A stretch of 64,000 nt of DNA, taken from the NCBI RefSeq assembly GCF_964204645.1, contig NC_134031.1, positions 15,487,807 to 15,551,806 of the forward strand. Direction: 5' to 3'. Below are positions 38,199-51,842 of the stretch, piece by piece. The translations under genes were made by a program, and so were the position numbers. Numbering within the stretch: position 1 is the stretch's first letter; each line of letters starts with the position of its first letter. The notes beneath the pieces were generated by a model. It was given only the letters and a program-made list of their open reading frames with translations, had not been told where the DNA came from and did no database searches. Source of the DNA: Tubulanus polymorphus. Taxonomy: Eukaryota; Animalia; Nemertea.

Positions 38199-39919
38199 AC
38201 AATATGGTTAACAGTTTTTCATGCATATTCTAAAAGTATTCTGACACGGAATGATTACCAAACGTTATAAGGATGCATCTAGAAATATAAACAAGACTTA
38301 CCTGATTAAATCGAGTCGACAATAATATGAAAAGAAATAGAAGGTGAAAATTTAGTTAGAAACGGTTCGAATAAAGAATCTGATATTTTCGAAAGGTAGC
38401 TGATATTTCGGTATGGAATCGGAGATTGATAACGAATCATGACATTTTCGAATTAAATATGACATTTAGAATGTATATATGAAATATTTGAATGAAATCT
38501 AAGATCGGCGTTTCAGTCGTTTTTTTATCGCCTTTTCCCGGTGGATATCGATCAGTGATTGCGTAATGCGCACGCAACGCGACAGCGTCATTTTGACGTC
38601 ATACGTCCGCCTGCTGGCAACCATACAACACACTACATCCATCAATTAAATCATGGACTCTAGAACGAAAGAGTCAATGATTGAATAAACCGTTAAGTAT
38701 GGTTTCAGTATATTGTATGATTAATTATGGTTATATTTAAAGCCTTTGGCAATCTTTTACATATATATTTCTTCGCGGAAAACTAATTGATTGAGTTGAC
38801 AATATCATTTATCAATCAATTAGATGTGTCGGGATGATAACGTCAAAGGTCGTTAAACTTAAGCGTCACAATCAATGGGCGATCTTCACGCCCATTTTCT
38901 ACGAAAATAACGGAATAACCGCTTGAACCGGGATGATGTTACACTGTAAAATCCGTTGCAAGCGATCTCCGAGGCTGTCGGAGCGACGGTTGGTCATCAC
39001 ATCAGATGCATTGATGAATGGGAGTATATATGCACATAACGACATATTCCGGGGGCACAAGATGCTCCGTTGCGAGTGGAGTCAGCTGTATAGTCAAGGA
39101 GCTTGGGTCCATATTTAAGAATAGTTCCGGACAAAAGCACCGAATATCTTATCCCAGAAATTAATGACACCACAATTGAGAGTCTAGAGTGATTGGAAGC
39201 CGAGATATTGGAGATATTTTTATTTTAGATGTCTATACAAAAGTCGGGTTACGAAAGCTAAACATTAGAGATCAGACGTGGCGGGCGCCACTATTCAAAT
39301 ATTCACGTAACTACTGATAGTTGCAAATTGCGTGCACCTGAACGCGTGGATGAAAAGTTGTGTGAAAAGGCATTTTTTCAAAAGGGCAGATATATTCGGC
39401 TGTATTCAACCGCAGTAGAAAAAAAAAACGTGACCAAACTGGATAAAGCAGTGTATCGAGGCACTTCCGATGTGTATCGATGGGATTATGAATTGATGTA
39501 TGAGGGTATCAGCGCTGACGTTGAAATGCGCTGTTCACATTAAAAGGAAAGATTTGCCAAGCTTGAAATTGTGTCACGACAATTGACGAACATGCCGATT
39601 TGGGCTTCGATGCCGTCTACGTTTTCCAGTGCTTTAAGAAAATGCGGAGCTATATAACCTCTACATGCATTTTCAATTTAATGCACGAATCAGCGAGCCT
39701 ATAGAACCATAACAATGCAACGGATTTGTCAGTGCGATCTGCTATAGAATCTCTGCAACGGGACCCCACTTATAACGTAATAATATATTGATGATGATTC
39801 ATTTGCTTGTATAGCGCAACTCTATAGAAGCATAATCATTAGATTTGGCTTAAGACTAAATATTTGAATTAACATTCTAGCAGAATAAAACAATTAGGTG
39901 TATAATGTTTCGAAATAAA

Positions 39920-40071
39920 AAGTTTTTAAGCATTCGTATACACTCCCGTTTTTGCATTGGGCATCGGTATTCGCCTTGTCGGGGGGGGGGGGGGGGGGGT
40001 TAAGTTTTTAAGCATTCGTATACACTCCCGTTTTTGCATTGGGCATCGGTATTCGCCTTGTCGGGGGGGTT
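39920..40071. repeat. Tandem duplication (about 60-bp core plus poly-G)
   Basis: Two identical units differing only in G-run length (19 vs 7). Confidence 0.95.
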
Positions 40072-43000
40072 ATCTCGATCTCGGTTAGGTTTCAGTTTTG
40101 AAAATGCTTTTCTTCGAGATATTGAAAATTCTTCTAAAGTTATAGCCAGCAGGATAAGCTAAAACCGCTTTCGAACGACGATAAAAGGCCTAATTTGATC
40201 CCAAGCGTCTGCCTGGATTTGATAGGCCACGCCGTAAGATATTCGAATCGGATCGTGACGTCTGTTGTCGTATGGATTCCGCCATCAGCCGGTACTCTCG
40301 TCATAATTGACCTTCAAGCCGGTTAATGGTGCCAATATAGCCTGTTATCCCTTTGGGTATACATCCTGTTAGAATTTGATAGAGCACCTCGTAGAACGTA
40401 TAAGCTCGAAACTAACGAAGACAGATCGACAAAATATGCGCGCAGTTTACTGTCTTTGATCACGAATATGGAGCTGGCTATAAATTATACCGTATACCAA
40501 GTCTCCGACGGGCTCAAGACAATATGTCGCTGAAATGGAATACATGTAATGGATTCCCCTCGTGGAGAATTTAATGATTATCAAACATCTTCAGTGTTTA
40601 TCGACCCCCGTACGACGTAGTCTCGGCGATGTCGTCATTTATAACAGTGACATATATGAAACAAGGATGAATCGTATATGAACATTACCGATGAAAATAG
40701 ATATATCAAAATAAGAAAGAACGAATGATTAATAAAAAAAGCGTGTGGATATTTTATAAGCGATAGTGAGCGGAACGCGTGCCCGTGGCCGGGATTTTGA
40801 CAAAATATGGGTCGAAACATCGCCAAACGGAATATTTCGCGCGTGGATAAGATAAAAGGGCAAGAATGAATTTCAAAGCGTGTGAGTGCCCGCTTTATCC
40901 TAAAAACTACGCAAAATGTGCCCTTTACGACCAAAATCCAGGCTTTTTTGTGCCCCATTCGAAGTGAATCTGATACGGACGAATATTTAGAGAGGCTCTT
41001 AAGGGTTCGTGCGAAGCCATCGCGCCTGGCTACGGCAAAATGATTGTTTTTACCCGATAGATTATTATTCCTACGTGGGTAGGTATTAGTGCCGGTCAAG
41101 GGTTAATCGAACGGTTAATTGTAAAACGTGAGTTGCATAATCGTTTGGCAACGTCGGTGGATACAGTCTCACCGCTTAATGTCTCGATGTCGTCTCGTGT
41201 CCTATTCTAATGGGCTCGCCGCCGAACACAAGGCGACGCAGAGTTGTTGAGAGTAAGGTGAATAATTGATGATTAATAGAAGAAGCGCGTAGAAGCCATC
41301 GGTGTCGTCTCGAATATCCGTAGTGTATTATTTGGAGATAAACTCATTCGGCGGGATAAATTTTTAGATCATCGCATGAACAGAGCCGCGATCGAGCGAG
41401 CGTTTTTGACCAGGGCGAAATTTGACCCAGTGCCAGATTTGGCCCGGGCCAACCGTTTACACCGGTACCGTATTGGCCCGCCAAATCTGGCCCGACCAAA
41501 AGCCAGGCCCGTGCCAAATTTTAGCATTGTTCATATTATTCCGTGTGAATGTTAACGGGGTACCAGCACTGCTACTCTAGCAATCGAGGATTCCACGTAT
41601 GGCAGGCGAGGATCCACTAGGTTCGCTAGTGGTAACTCGGTTACCACGCTTCAATTTCTTTTATATTTCAATTATATTCGAGTCAACTTTCACTACGTAT
41701 AATTGAGTGTATTGTAGCGCCATCTGGTTTGTGCCGGTACCCCACTGGTTCTGGAATAATCCCCGCTTGCCACAGCATCGTTTCGACATCGTTTTAGTAT
41801 CGAGTGGGCGATTTACGTGGTGAACGCGTTCTCTCGGAACTGCTCCTGACCAGTTTGACCCGGGTGAAATCGTCTATACGTGCGTGATCGCGGCTATAAG
41901 AACGTGTCAGGTGAACCTGTCACTAGTGCCACACCAGTTATACCGACCGTATACAGTGGATGGTGATCATTATTACAAATCAGTGATTATAGTGACGTAG
42001 AATATCGTTGGCACATGTTTTGATTCGGGTTGCACGACGTAGTTCGTTACAGTGCAATATTCGGAATAGCCAACCAAAACAATATTAGTTCATATTTCTC
42101 CACGATTACAATAATGATACACGTGATGCTCAATTTCATGCATCAACGTATTCATCTATATGTAAATGAGACCATCAATTCGCTATCAATCCCGGGCTAA
42201 TAATGTATAATGGCTTTGTCTCGACTTTCGTTTCGCAAAACGTGCGTCGCTTAGCACGGCATCTATAGCGATAGTCTTTTATTAAGTATTTTCCAAGCGC
42301 AATAAAACATACATTTAGATATCAAAAATATGGTAGAAGATAAAAGGTATATACATATATGAATATTATCAAAAGCGTATGCTTCGACATGCTTCATTAG
42401 ATCTGATGATTGGTCACCTGTTTTTAGGCCTACCATCACCAAGCATATATCATACAATCGGGTTTGACAAATATATATTTGGTGCGGGGTCGTCATTGCC
42501 ATATATACAACATCGCAGGTGACTGAACCAGACGGTGACCTTGACATTGGACATTTTGTTAGTATAAATTTGAAAGCGTCTACGACCCAAGTCTCGGAAT
42601 GTTATCGAGCGAAAAAGGATGGTTTTACGTTTTTCAAGAATCTTGATATTTTTATTTTCGAGACAATTCATCCGAGACTTGTTTCGAGTGAATGGATGGT
42701 GGTCACGCATTCTCCCCTCCGTACATCGTGCAGTATCGACCACTCCTCTTACCTTTTGGTTATTGTGCCGGGACACAGATGATAGGCACTAAATGGATAG
42801 AGACAAGAAATCAATGAGAAATTAAATGACATATTTTACATCGGTGATTTTCTGAAATAGCGATCATGACACTTCTGATGATTTGGATCTCGGGAAATTC
42901 GGTTTTTAAGATTGCTAAGAATTGTAGTTTATATTAGAAGATTGTATGTGTAACTTTCGGTTTGAGAATCGGATCAGAAATCTAATTCACTTGACCTTTG

Positions 43001-43954
43001 CAGAGTCGCCGACAGAATTGAAAGCCCGTTTTATTATTTATTTCTACTATTTTATTAAAGGCGCAACCCGACTGCAAATCACCATTTAGAAATGCATTGT
43101 TTGACTTGTAGCCTCGGACTATACTGAAGTGCTTGAAGCTCCTTCAATTTGAGCAAAAGAAGGTTTTGCATCGGGGCATAAAGTATTTACGCCGCGACAA
43201 CCAACAAGCTGTCAGCTAGCGCCCTTCTTGCCAGTGGGTGCATGTAACCGTGCTCTCATTGGTGGCACTGCGCTGCCAATCACAGATAACTTCCGGGTAC
43301 TATTTTTGTTGCAGACTTTCTGAAACTCCTTTAAAAATCCTTCAATTTTGAGAAATAGACCATTTGAAATGTTTGTAGTTGTTCAGTAAACTAAGATTAC
43401 GCAAGTAGTAAATCATGATATTGCTAATGCGAATATAATACCTGTATGCCCATTATGATATGACGTTATCATGCCCATCCCAGAAAATTATATAAAAACA
43501 AGCGGCTATTGATTCTTCTAATGAGTCTCAGGTATATTATGCATGAAACGCGAGTCGAAGAAATATCTTAATAAAACTGCTACAGAAGAATTTTTAATGT
43601 TGTCTATTAAAACACATACGTTTTCACCACGTTATTACCGGTGTCGTATTATTAGATGATATGGAAACGCAAAAGAACTGAGTAAATACCACAAAAATGA
43701 TGGAAAGATGATAATCAGATGGAGTAGTTACTAGAGTTTCAATTCTTGTTTTAATCTACCATACAATGATGATGGCTGTTGCATCGGGAATTGTCTTGAA
43801 AATATTTTTTGTGATATTTTCCGAACTCAAAGCAAGATGATAACAAAAAAGGAAGCGTTTTGAGATAAACGCACTAGATGACAGAATTTCAATTCTAAGA
43901 GCTAATATTTGGGATTTTTCGCCGATCTCAAATTCATTAGTAACATGCCTTGTA

Positions 43955-44258
43955 GAGAGCGTTGTGGGCGAGTGGTTAGAGCGTTCGACTGTAGGAAGCC
44001 ACCAAGTCGTGGGCTCGAACCCCCTCCTCGGGCAAGACACTTGTCCTCATTGACTCTCTCCACCAAGGAGTAAATGGGTACCCGGCCTGATAGATGACTC
44101 CTGAGCGCCTAGTAGTTGCTCGGATGTTACTTCTCTCCGGGTAGAGATGACTGATACATGAATAGATTTATAGGCTGGGGGTTATAATACCACATTTGGA
44201 GTGCATTTGAGCAGACTCTAGTTTGGATACCTGCACTATTAAAATGACAATTATTATT
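43955..44258 (+). mobile_element. Full-length tRNA-derived SINE with conserved central domain and L2-like tail
   Basis: A-box TGGGCGAGTGG, B-box GGCTCGAACCC, central GGCAAGACACTT...CTCTCCACCAAGGAGTAAATGGGTACC (CORE/Meta-SINE-like), (TTA)n tail. CATGCCT occurs near both ends. Confidence 0.8.
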
Positions 44259-47200
44259 AATTATCATGCCTGATAAATAGGAGCCGCTTCGGAAATAATG
44301 GTATAGCGGACAGAACGACGTCTTCGTCACTCGTAAAGACAGTTCGATCTATACTGGTATAGAATTCTCTGGATTAATATGTCAGACACACGAGAAAAGC
44401 AAAAAGGCAAATGATGGAACGCTTGTCAGAAACACGCTCGTACAGAATCAACACTCGTAACGAACTGTGACTCGAACGCGCCGAAAACATCCTGATTTTA
44501 AGAGTTGATTATGCAATGTATCCCTGTAATGGGGATAGTTGGTTTTCTTATCTCGTAGACGTCGTATCAATCTCCTTGTTGTATAGAAACCCACCCCCTC
44601 GGACAATCGCCTTTTGATGGATGAAGTCTGGCCGATCATGAAAAAATGTCGACGATGTTTGTGGTCGGGGTCGGTTGAAAATGTAATGCCATTTTAAATG
44701 AAAATGCCCGTGGTCCAGACAGGTGGCCTATAGTGAAGTACTGGCCCAGTTCACGACAGTCCACGGCTTAAATTCAAGACAAGTCTAAGACCAACTTAAT
44801 TCTATAGCTAATTCTATAGCTTAAAGACCAGTCTTAAGATATAAGACCATTTCTGGACTAAAGTTTCAACTGTGCAACTGGCGACAAGTTTATTTGGTAA
44901 CGATGGTGATAATCTGTCGATGGTTAGAGGGGTTTCTGGGGCGGATCTAGTTAACTTTGAAAGCCGTGGTCCAGAAGAAAAGAAACGGTGTTTCTCTGAT
45001 CAAGCAGACAAGTCCTCTATTGGGGTTCCGCGTGGTTCTGCCCTCAGTTTTAGATACTTCTGAAGACACTAATCCGAAAGGATGCAATTTCTGAGAGAAT
45101 GTGTGTCAAATTTATAGGTCTTAACGATCCCTGTTTCGATGAGAGGCCAGAGGTCAGAACCCCCACCTCCCCTTCCCCTAAATCTGGCCCTGCGGTTTGG
45201 TTACGAAAAAAAGATTGACAGCTGAATAACAGTTCCGTTACAGAACAGAACACCGTAATTCGAAAGAAATGAGTTCGAAGTGAAGTCGATTTCAGAATAT
45301 AGCGCAGTATAAGCGCTGATGAAAGGCGATAAACCGGCACCAGCGAGCGTCGCATTCATTAGCCGTCTCTCTATCTCGTAATCGACGAGAATGTCGAGTT
45401 TGAAAATCGAAAACTATTCAATCGACACGGCTCTCGTCTCGATCGGAAATTTAGGTGTCACGTTTCGGTTATAATTATTCTCGCCGGAATGCGGCGGCGG
45501 CGCACACGCGGGCGCGCCTATATACACAAATCATATTCGCGGAGCACTTCTGTAATAAATTATGCAAGGCGCAAAAAAAATTTTTAATGTCTCGTTAGGT
45601 TCGGGTCGAGTCGCTTCCATGATGGCGCTCGTTTTCGATCGATAAATTCAGGGGGGAATAATTACATCGTACGAAATTCCCTTTCGACAACGAAGCGATA
45701 TGGATTCTGTGTCTAGTTGAATTTTTGCAGTCGATAAAAGCGAAGAATCATTAGCGGGTGCAGTTTAGCAGCAGAAACGTTTGAAATTGGATATAATCGC
45801 GCCGTCATGCGTCTACTTAATTAACGATAACGACACCGCAGAAACGAATATTCGTAATCAGAATTCATCATTTCAGCGGTTTCATCGAATTGAACCCGGC
45901 GAGAACGAATCCGCTCAGCACGATTTCCTGTCAGAACCTGCTGAACTCTTGTCAGGTGTCGCCAACCTTTCAGCGGAACGATGTCTTGACTAGTGTGTGT
46001 TGCTACCGATAATGTAATAAAGAAGATGCCACCGCTCAGAAAGAAATCCGAGTCCTTAAAGGTTTCATTCAGTTATTGATCGTTTTTTTCGAAATTTCGA
46101 CTCTATACTCATAAGTCTTCGAATACTGAGGTTACTACAGGGATATGTAAACACGATTCGAAACAGAGTGACTAATTATATTATGATATATGTGGAAATT
46201 AGGACTAAACCTTTTCGGAATATTTTTTTCTCATAATTTCATATTTTGTATATCTCTTCATGGCACGTTGTAATTTATTGTGGAAATAAACGAATAATAA
46301 TAATTTTCATTATTCTTTCTGAGTATGGGATTTGCTTATCGTACGTTACAACCCGGCAAATTGTTTCATCAACGACTAAACTAACATCTGTAATGCGGAG
46401 GAGTTTTGCTGTCTTTTTACGATCGCCAATCACCTCTGTTATAACCTGAATTCTAACGTCGCTATTATGCACCCGCGCTTTCGAATACTCGTATAGCGTT
46501 TAGCACTTTGACAAAAAAGACATTTTCGTCTGAATGAATCGGTATGTATCGATCAAACAGTAGGTCTTTTTTTGCTATGAACCTTTGATGATATTGGCAA
46601 GGAGTTAGCTGCCAGCTAGCTATGTAGCTCTTTTCCATTCGCTGTTTATATTTATAGCCTCACGACGCGTATAACCATTTTAGTCTTCATTACGTTACGT
46701 ACGTACTTTCTAGTTTCTACTGTTGTATCCGTGGGTTTTATGCCAGACCTGTTCAGAGATTTAGTGACACTATTGAAATTAATGGGATTTTTTCGATGAT
46801 ATTATCACGGAGTCCCTAGATTCTGTTTATGACCGATAGATAATTAGAAATGTGCACGAAACTCGTAAAAATTTGAGTTGTTTGGCGTCGCATTATTCGG
46901 CATGCAATTATCCACTTAGTCCGCATCTTTTTTTTTAATCCCGCGAACAAAATACAGCGGTTCTATTTCGTTCGGAATGAGGTGTCATGCTAAGATCAAG
47001 TAGCTATTCTCGTAAGGCGTGATTGTCAGATGTCGAGGAAGGTGTCGAAGCATTGAAACAGTCACGATTAGGCGTGCGAAACCGGAACACGATATCCGTG
47101 ACTTCAAAGTTGCGTCGTACGTCAAAAGAAAATTATTCTTCGCACAGCAGTAACCTTTCCGCTTAATGTAATTTTTACTCCCACGTCGATTCGTCCCGTT

Positions 47201-47831
47201 TCAACCGATGAATCTAGGTTCCAACCAACCAATCGTATATATTGAAAATAACAGAGTATGTGACGCTTTGATGGAATATTATTGTATTCCGTCTGCGCGA
47301 TTTTGGAGGAAGTTCATTCTCGCAGTGCGCGCGGAACCAGTCCGTATGACCCGCATCAAACGGTTCGGGTGTGTCATTTTGTTCAATCCGAGTCTAACCT
47401 CAAAACCGTACTTTTCCGTGCTTATTTCACAACTCTAGAGAGGCGCTTTTGAATTTTCGGCGTTACCGTTATCATCATTATCATTATCATTATCATTATT
47501 GCCAGATCGTGTTCATACATCTACCAAGAGTACCGAAATTGGAATTATATATGTTTTTGCCATTATCATTGTTTACATCAAAGCAATCATTGTAAATGTT
47601 TTCTTTTTCTCTCGGGCCTCTTGAAGAGTTTCGCTAATGGTTTTTTTTCCGTGTCCCTCCCTTCGTCTATTGCAATATATTCCCGAATAGAGGACATAAA
47701 GTTGAAGTTAAAGGATTTATCTCTTTTCCCATGAAATTCACGCCGTTATAGCAGCAGCTTTTCAGACTTCGCTTGGACAGTGTAAGTAGTCGAAAAGGCC
47801 ATAGCCGTGAAATGATTTGACAAGTGAACTC

Positions 47832-47954
47832 GGAGACTGCCAGTTCTCTGATAGGTTAACTTCATTTTATTGAAAATACGCATTGTTGCTTGCAGCGAAA
47901 GCTCGCATTTTCAATAAAATCTAGTTAACCTACAAAGTATCACCCGCAGTCTCC
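47832..47954. mobile_element. Hairpin MITE
   Basis: GGAGACTGC / GCAGTCTCC ends; TAGGTTAACT..ATTTTATTGAAAAT is mirrored by ATTTTCAATAAAAT..AGTTAACCTA. Confidence 0.7.
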
Positions 47955-50900
47955 ACATCTCCTTGAGTATATGTATACATAATGATAATCACGTACCAAT
48001 CCTTCCAAGAAGCGGAAAGACCATTTACGTTTAATATTTAACCTGTAGGAACAAGATTCCCGATAAAAGATGCCATTCATCACCTCCACACGACGCTCGG
48101 TTAATGTCGGTCTCAGTCGGAAATATGATCATAAACAACCCTTTCCGCGGTGACAAACTCCAGTGCAGGCGAGCCTAAATCTGACGATAAGAACCCATCT
48201 CACCCGAACAAACAGAGGCTCCGCGCACATAAACAACAACGATCTACGTCGAAATGACAAGCTCGTCTCGCAAACACACCTCCGGGAATGAGCGATAGTT
48301 TAATCAAGATATCTAATCAACTTTGTCAGGGTATCACCAGAATTACGGTCATTACACGGGCTCTCGGCAGAGAATGCGTCTAAACGCCATCATAGCCCGG
48401 TAATCATCGACATTAAACGCAATCTCGCCGCGCGCGCTACGACGACCTCGACACACGACAAAACACGGAGATCCCGCCGAATTGAAAAAAAGTTCGTTCA
48501 TCAAAAGCGCGTCGCGTTCGTATTTCCGGAGACGCTCGTATAGGAGAAACTTCTACAAGATCGTTCCAAATGCAACGTGCATCTTCAGCTTCGCCCGCTG
48601 ACATTATCTGAATTGATGGACGTAAATCTTTAAAAGCTTCGATAGAAATTCGCTCGCAAGTGGGTTCTATTATGCAGCGGTTACAAATCAGACCAAACCA
48701 CTGAAACTTGCAACTCGTATTATGTGTAGGAGGTATGACTATCAGATTTAATATATCCACGCATAGTAGTTGACAATAGCGAAAGTAGCTTCGACGAATG
48801 CGAAATATGATCAAAACTCGCAGTCGTTGAGAAGTTTTAACAGTATCAAGATAAGATCATATAAGCTTATGCGCGTGATTCATTCCGTCGTATTTCTACG
48901 AAAATTTGATTACGACTCAAACGATATGTACCGCCGACGCGCTTCGGTCAGGGCGTCACCGGCTGTAATTGAGTTCGAACCCCGTATATCCGCGTAATCT
49001 ACTTTGAACTCTGGAAGAAATCTATTTGCGGAAACGTTTGACGCACGAACTTAACCAAACGTTTCATAATCACATCAACATTAACGCCTAATACTCGGGG
49101 TCTTAGATATACACGAACGTAACGATATAGAGAAGATATAGAACGTAAAGAGAAGATACTCGCGTGGCCGACTTATGACACGTGATCGATAAAATGCAAA
49201 TGCTAATTCCATACCCAGACATGTGTCATCATACGTATACGATATTCACATCGATCCGCCATTTAGAAATATGTCTGATTAACTTGGCTTACGTTATCTG
49301 ATGATATGAGCTCAGAAATGTACGATGACCATTCAATTTAACAACGGCTGCTCGAGGTGGCTCGGACAGAAAAACAATTTAGTTTTATCACTACTATATG
49401 ATTATCATCTTAAGTTTATCATATCAATAAGTACATTTTTTTTGGAATATATACAACGTTTAGTTTGGTACTACTGAACTTGAACTTTATTTTACAACTC
49501 AAACCACATTAAGGTGATGTATTGGGGATACAGTGTATTGCTATTTTCCATACTACTAAATACTGACTGCCGTTAGGTGGTGGTGTCCTGGGTAAGATCA
49601 ATGGCATCATAATAAATAAGTTCTTTTTATCAAAGAATCGACCGTCATCCATCCATTTTAAGTATTTCGCGGAATCTCCCTAAACACGTGCATGTATGGA
49701 TTATTTTTTCGTTTCCAGCTTACATATTTCACAGTTTACCGAAATACGAACCCAAACGACGTCAATGCAACTCAACGCCAGTCTAATATTCGTATAGTTA
49801 TATAAGACAATTCCTGGGCCATTCCTACGCGCTAATGACACACTCACAACCGACTAATCTTACAGAATAATGTTATATGATATACCCACCATCAGTAACT
49901 ACTGATTGCTAGCTTATACATATCACATTCTTCTTAATTAAAACTTCTCATTGCATGGATGTATATATGTATGTACGCAACGATGAAAACACATTATTGA
50001 AGATCGTTGATAAATAGTTTCAAAATGGATCATACTGCTAGTAAAAATCCAAGTAGTGAAATGATATATGAAAATTGACATATACATTATAGGATCTACA
50101 GCCAAACTTGTAATGCGTATCTGTACTTTCTAGTGAGTTTTCTCTAAGAATCTTGAAAACCGGTCCGAGCTTAATTTGGTTCGGAATCGGAACTTTCTTA
50201 ATAGGGCCGTACCTACATAGCATATGATACTTTTTTTGGGGGGGATTAAAAAAGGGCAGTTACCTAAAGTCAAACACCGATATTATGCTGCAAACATCGC
50301 GCGTCGTTGCGTTCATCGTCGCATCACAGAAGAGATGATGCACTACAACGCATTTATATACAGACAACCAAACAACGGCGCTCATCATTTATATTGCAAC
50401 CGACATTTTATTAGACGCATCATAATGAAAAAGCGAATAATAACGTCGTTCATACTGCTATGATTACCGCACGATGTTAACCGAATCGTCGTGTAATTTC
50501 GGACCGACCGGCGATAGAAATTGAGTTACGTATACTTATATACAGTGAGCGGGGACGAATTGCATTTCTCGAAAGATTTACTGACAAAAGACGTTGACAA
50601 GATTTGCGTAACTTTCGCTGATGGTATATTTAACTGGTGATCTTCGTATAGAATTGTACGTTGTACATTAAGCAACTAATGGATTCGGTCATATTTGGCA
50701 CCAGTCGATGCGGCGTGTCTGCCAGGGATAGGTCGTGATCTAGCGAAAATCAACAGCGAGACTCGACAGCGACTAAATGGAATATTTTGAAAGGGCCTCA
50801 TCGGAGAACAACGCGGGAAGTAGACATCTTGTTGGACTTAAAGATCAATGATGTAGAATATCCTAAATCAATAATGGGATTGCCTAAAATATGCCTTAAA

Positions 50901-51443
50901 TATTATCTCTCTCTCTGCTCTCGTTTATCTCGTGGTCGCTTTGGTCCTAATGAAACGTCGGTGTTTGATATATGAATTCCACTGTTTCTCCCTGAGACGC
51001 GACCGGCTGCTAGATATTCCCCCGATTGATTGTATACCACAAATTCTTAGCGTGGGCTTTCAATTAGTAGAAGTCAAACCGCGTCATAAATTCAGCAAAT
51101 TCGCCGTCTCATTCGACCATTGATTAAGATTATTAAGACATTTACATCGAATATATAACGCTCATGCCCGAATTTGAAATTCTAACCAAATGTTAGATTG
51201 AAATTAAACCGATGCGCTTATCTTCCCAATCGTCGCCGCATATTGAATTACAAAGTATGATCAGGGATGGTTTCTATTTTTTTCTTTTAGCGAAATTCTT
51301 AATTCCGGTAAGGAAGGTTTCGACTACTGGATTATCTTCTCAAACGGCGAATATGTTGTACTTTCTGTGTAATGCCAACGGCCATCTATAATTCAGGATT
51401 ATCTGTTGTTTGTCGGTTCGGAAAAGCAGTTGTAGGAAATTCT

Positions 51444-51842
51444 ACGGAAGCGACAAGGAGCCTCGAGTTGTCGCGTTCCAACTCAACAAGTCACCATAAT
51501 ATTATGTCGACATAACGCGAAATATGGCATCAATTCGACATTAAAACGTCGACGAATCGTGAAGTTCTGATGATATATTTCGTTTTGTCGACCATTCTGT
51601 CGACCCTTTGTTTTTTTCCGGGCGACAAGTCGACATGTTTATGACGACTCGAAGGTCAGTCGTCTTATTTCTGGCGTCTTCGTCTTCCATTTCGACGTGT
51701 CGTCAAATAACGGCTTTGCCCGTGGAAAATATTTAGTCAAAAGGTCACGAAATGGCAACATATTCGTGTCGACTTGTCACGATATGTCGACATAATTGGC
51801 ATGTTGCCACACGACAACTCGATGCCCCATTATGGCTCCCGT
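51444..51842. mobile_element. MITE of the same family as 38042-38198
   Basis: Starts ACGGAAGCGACAAGGAGCCTCGA and shares CTCAACAAGTC.CCATA and TGTCGAC repeats. Confidence 0.65.

Noticed and set aside
40635-41099. 154-aa ORF
   Set aside because: No recognisable domain; overlaps a probable transposon end (GGGTTAA at about 41100-41106).
49295-49327. CTGATGA-TATGAGCTCA-GAAA
   Set aside because: No valid stem I or stem II geometry.
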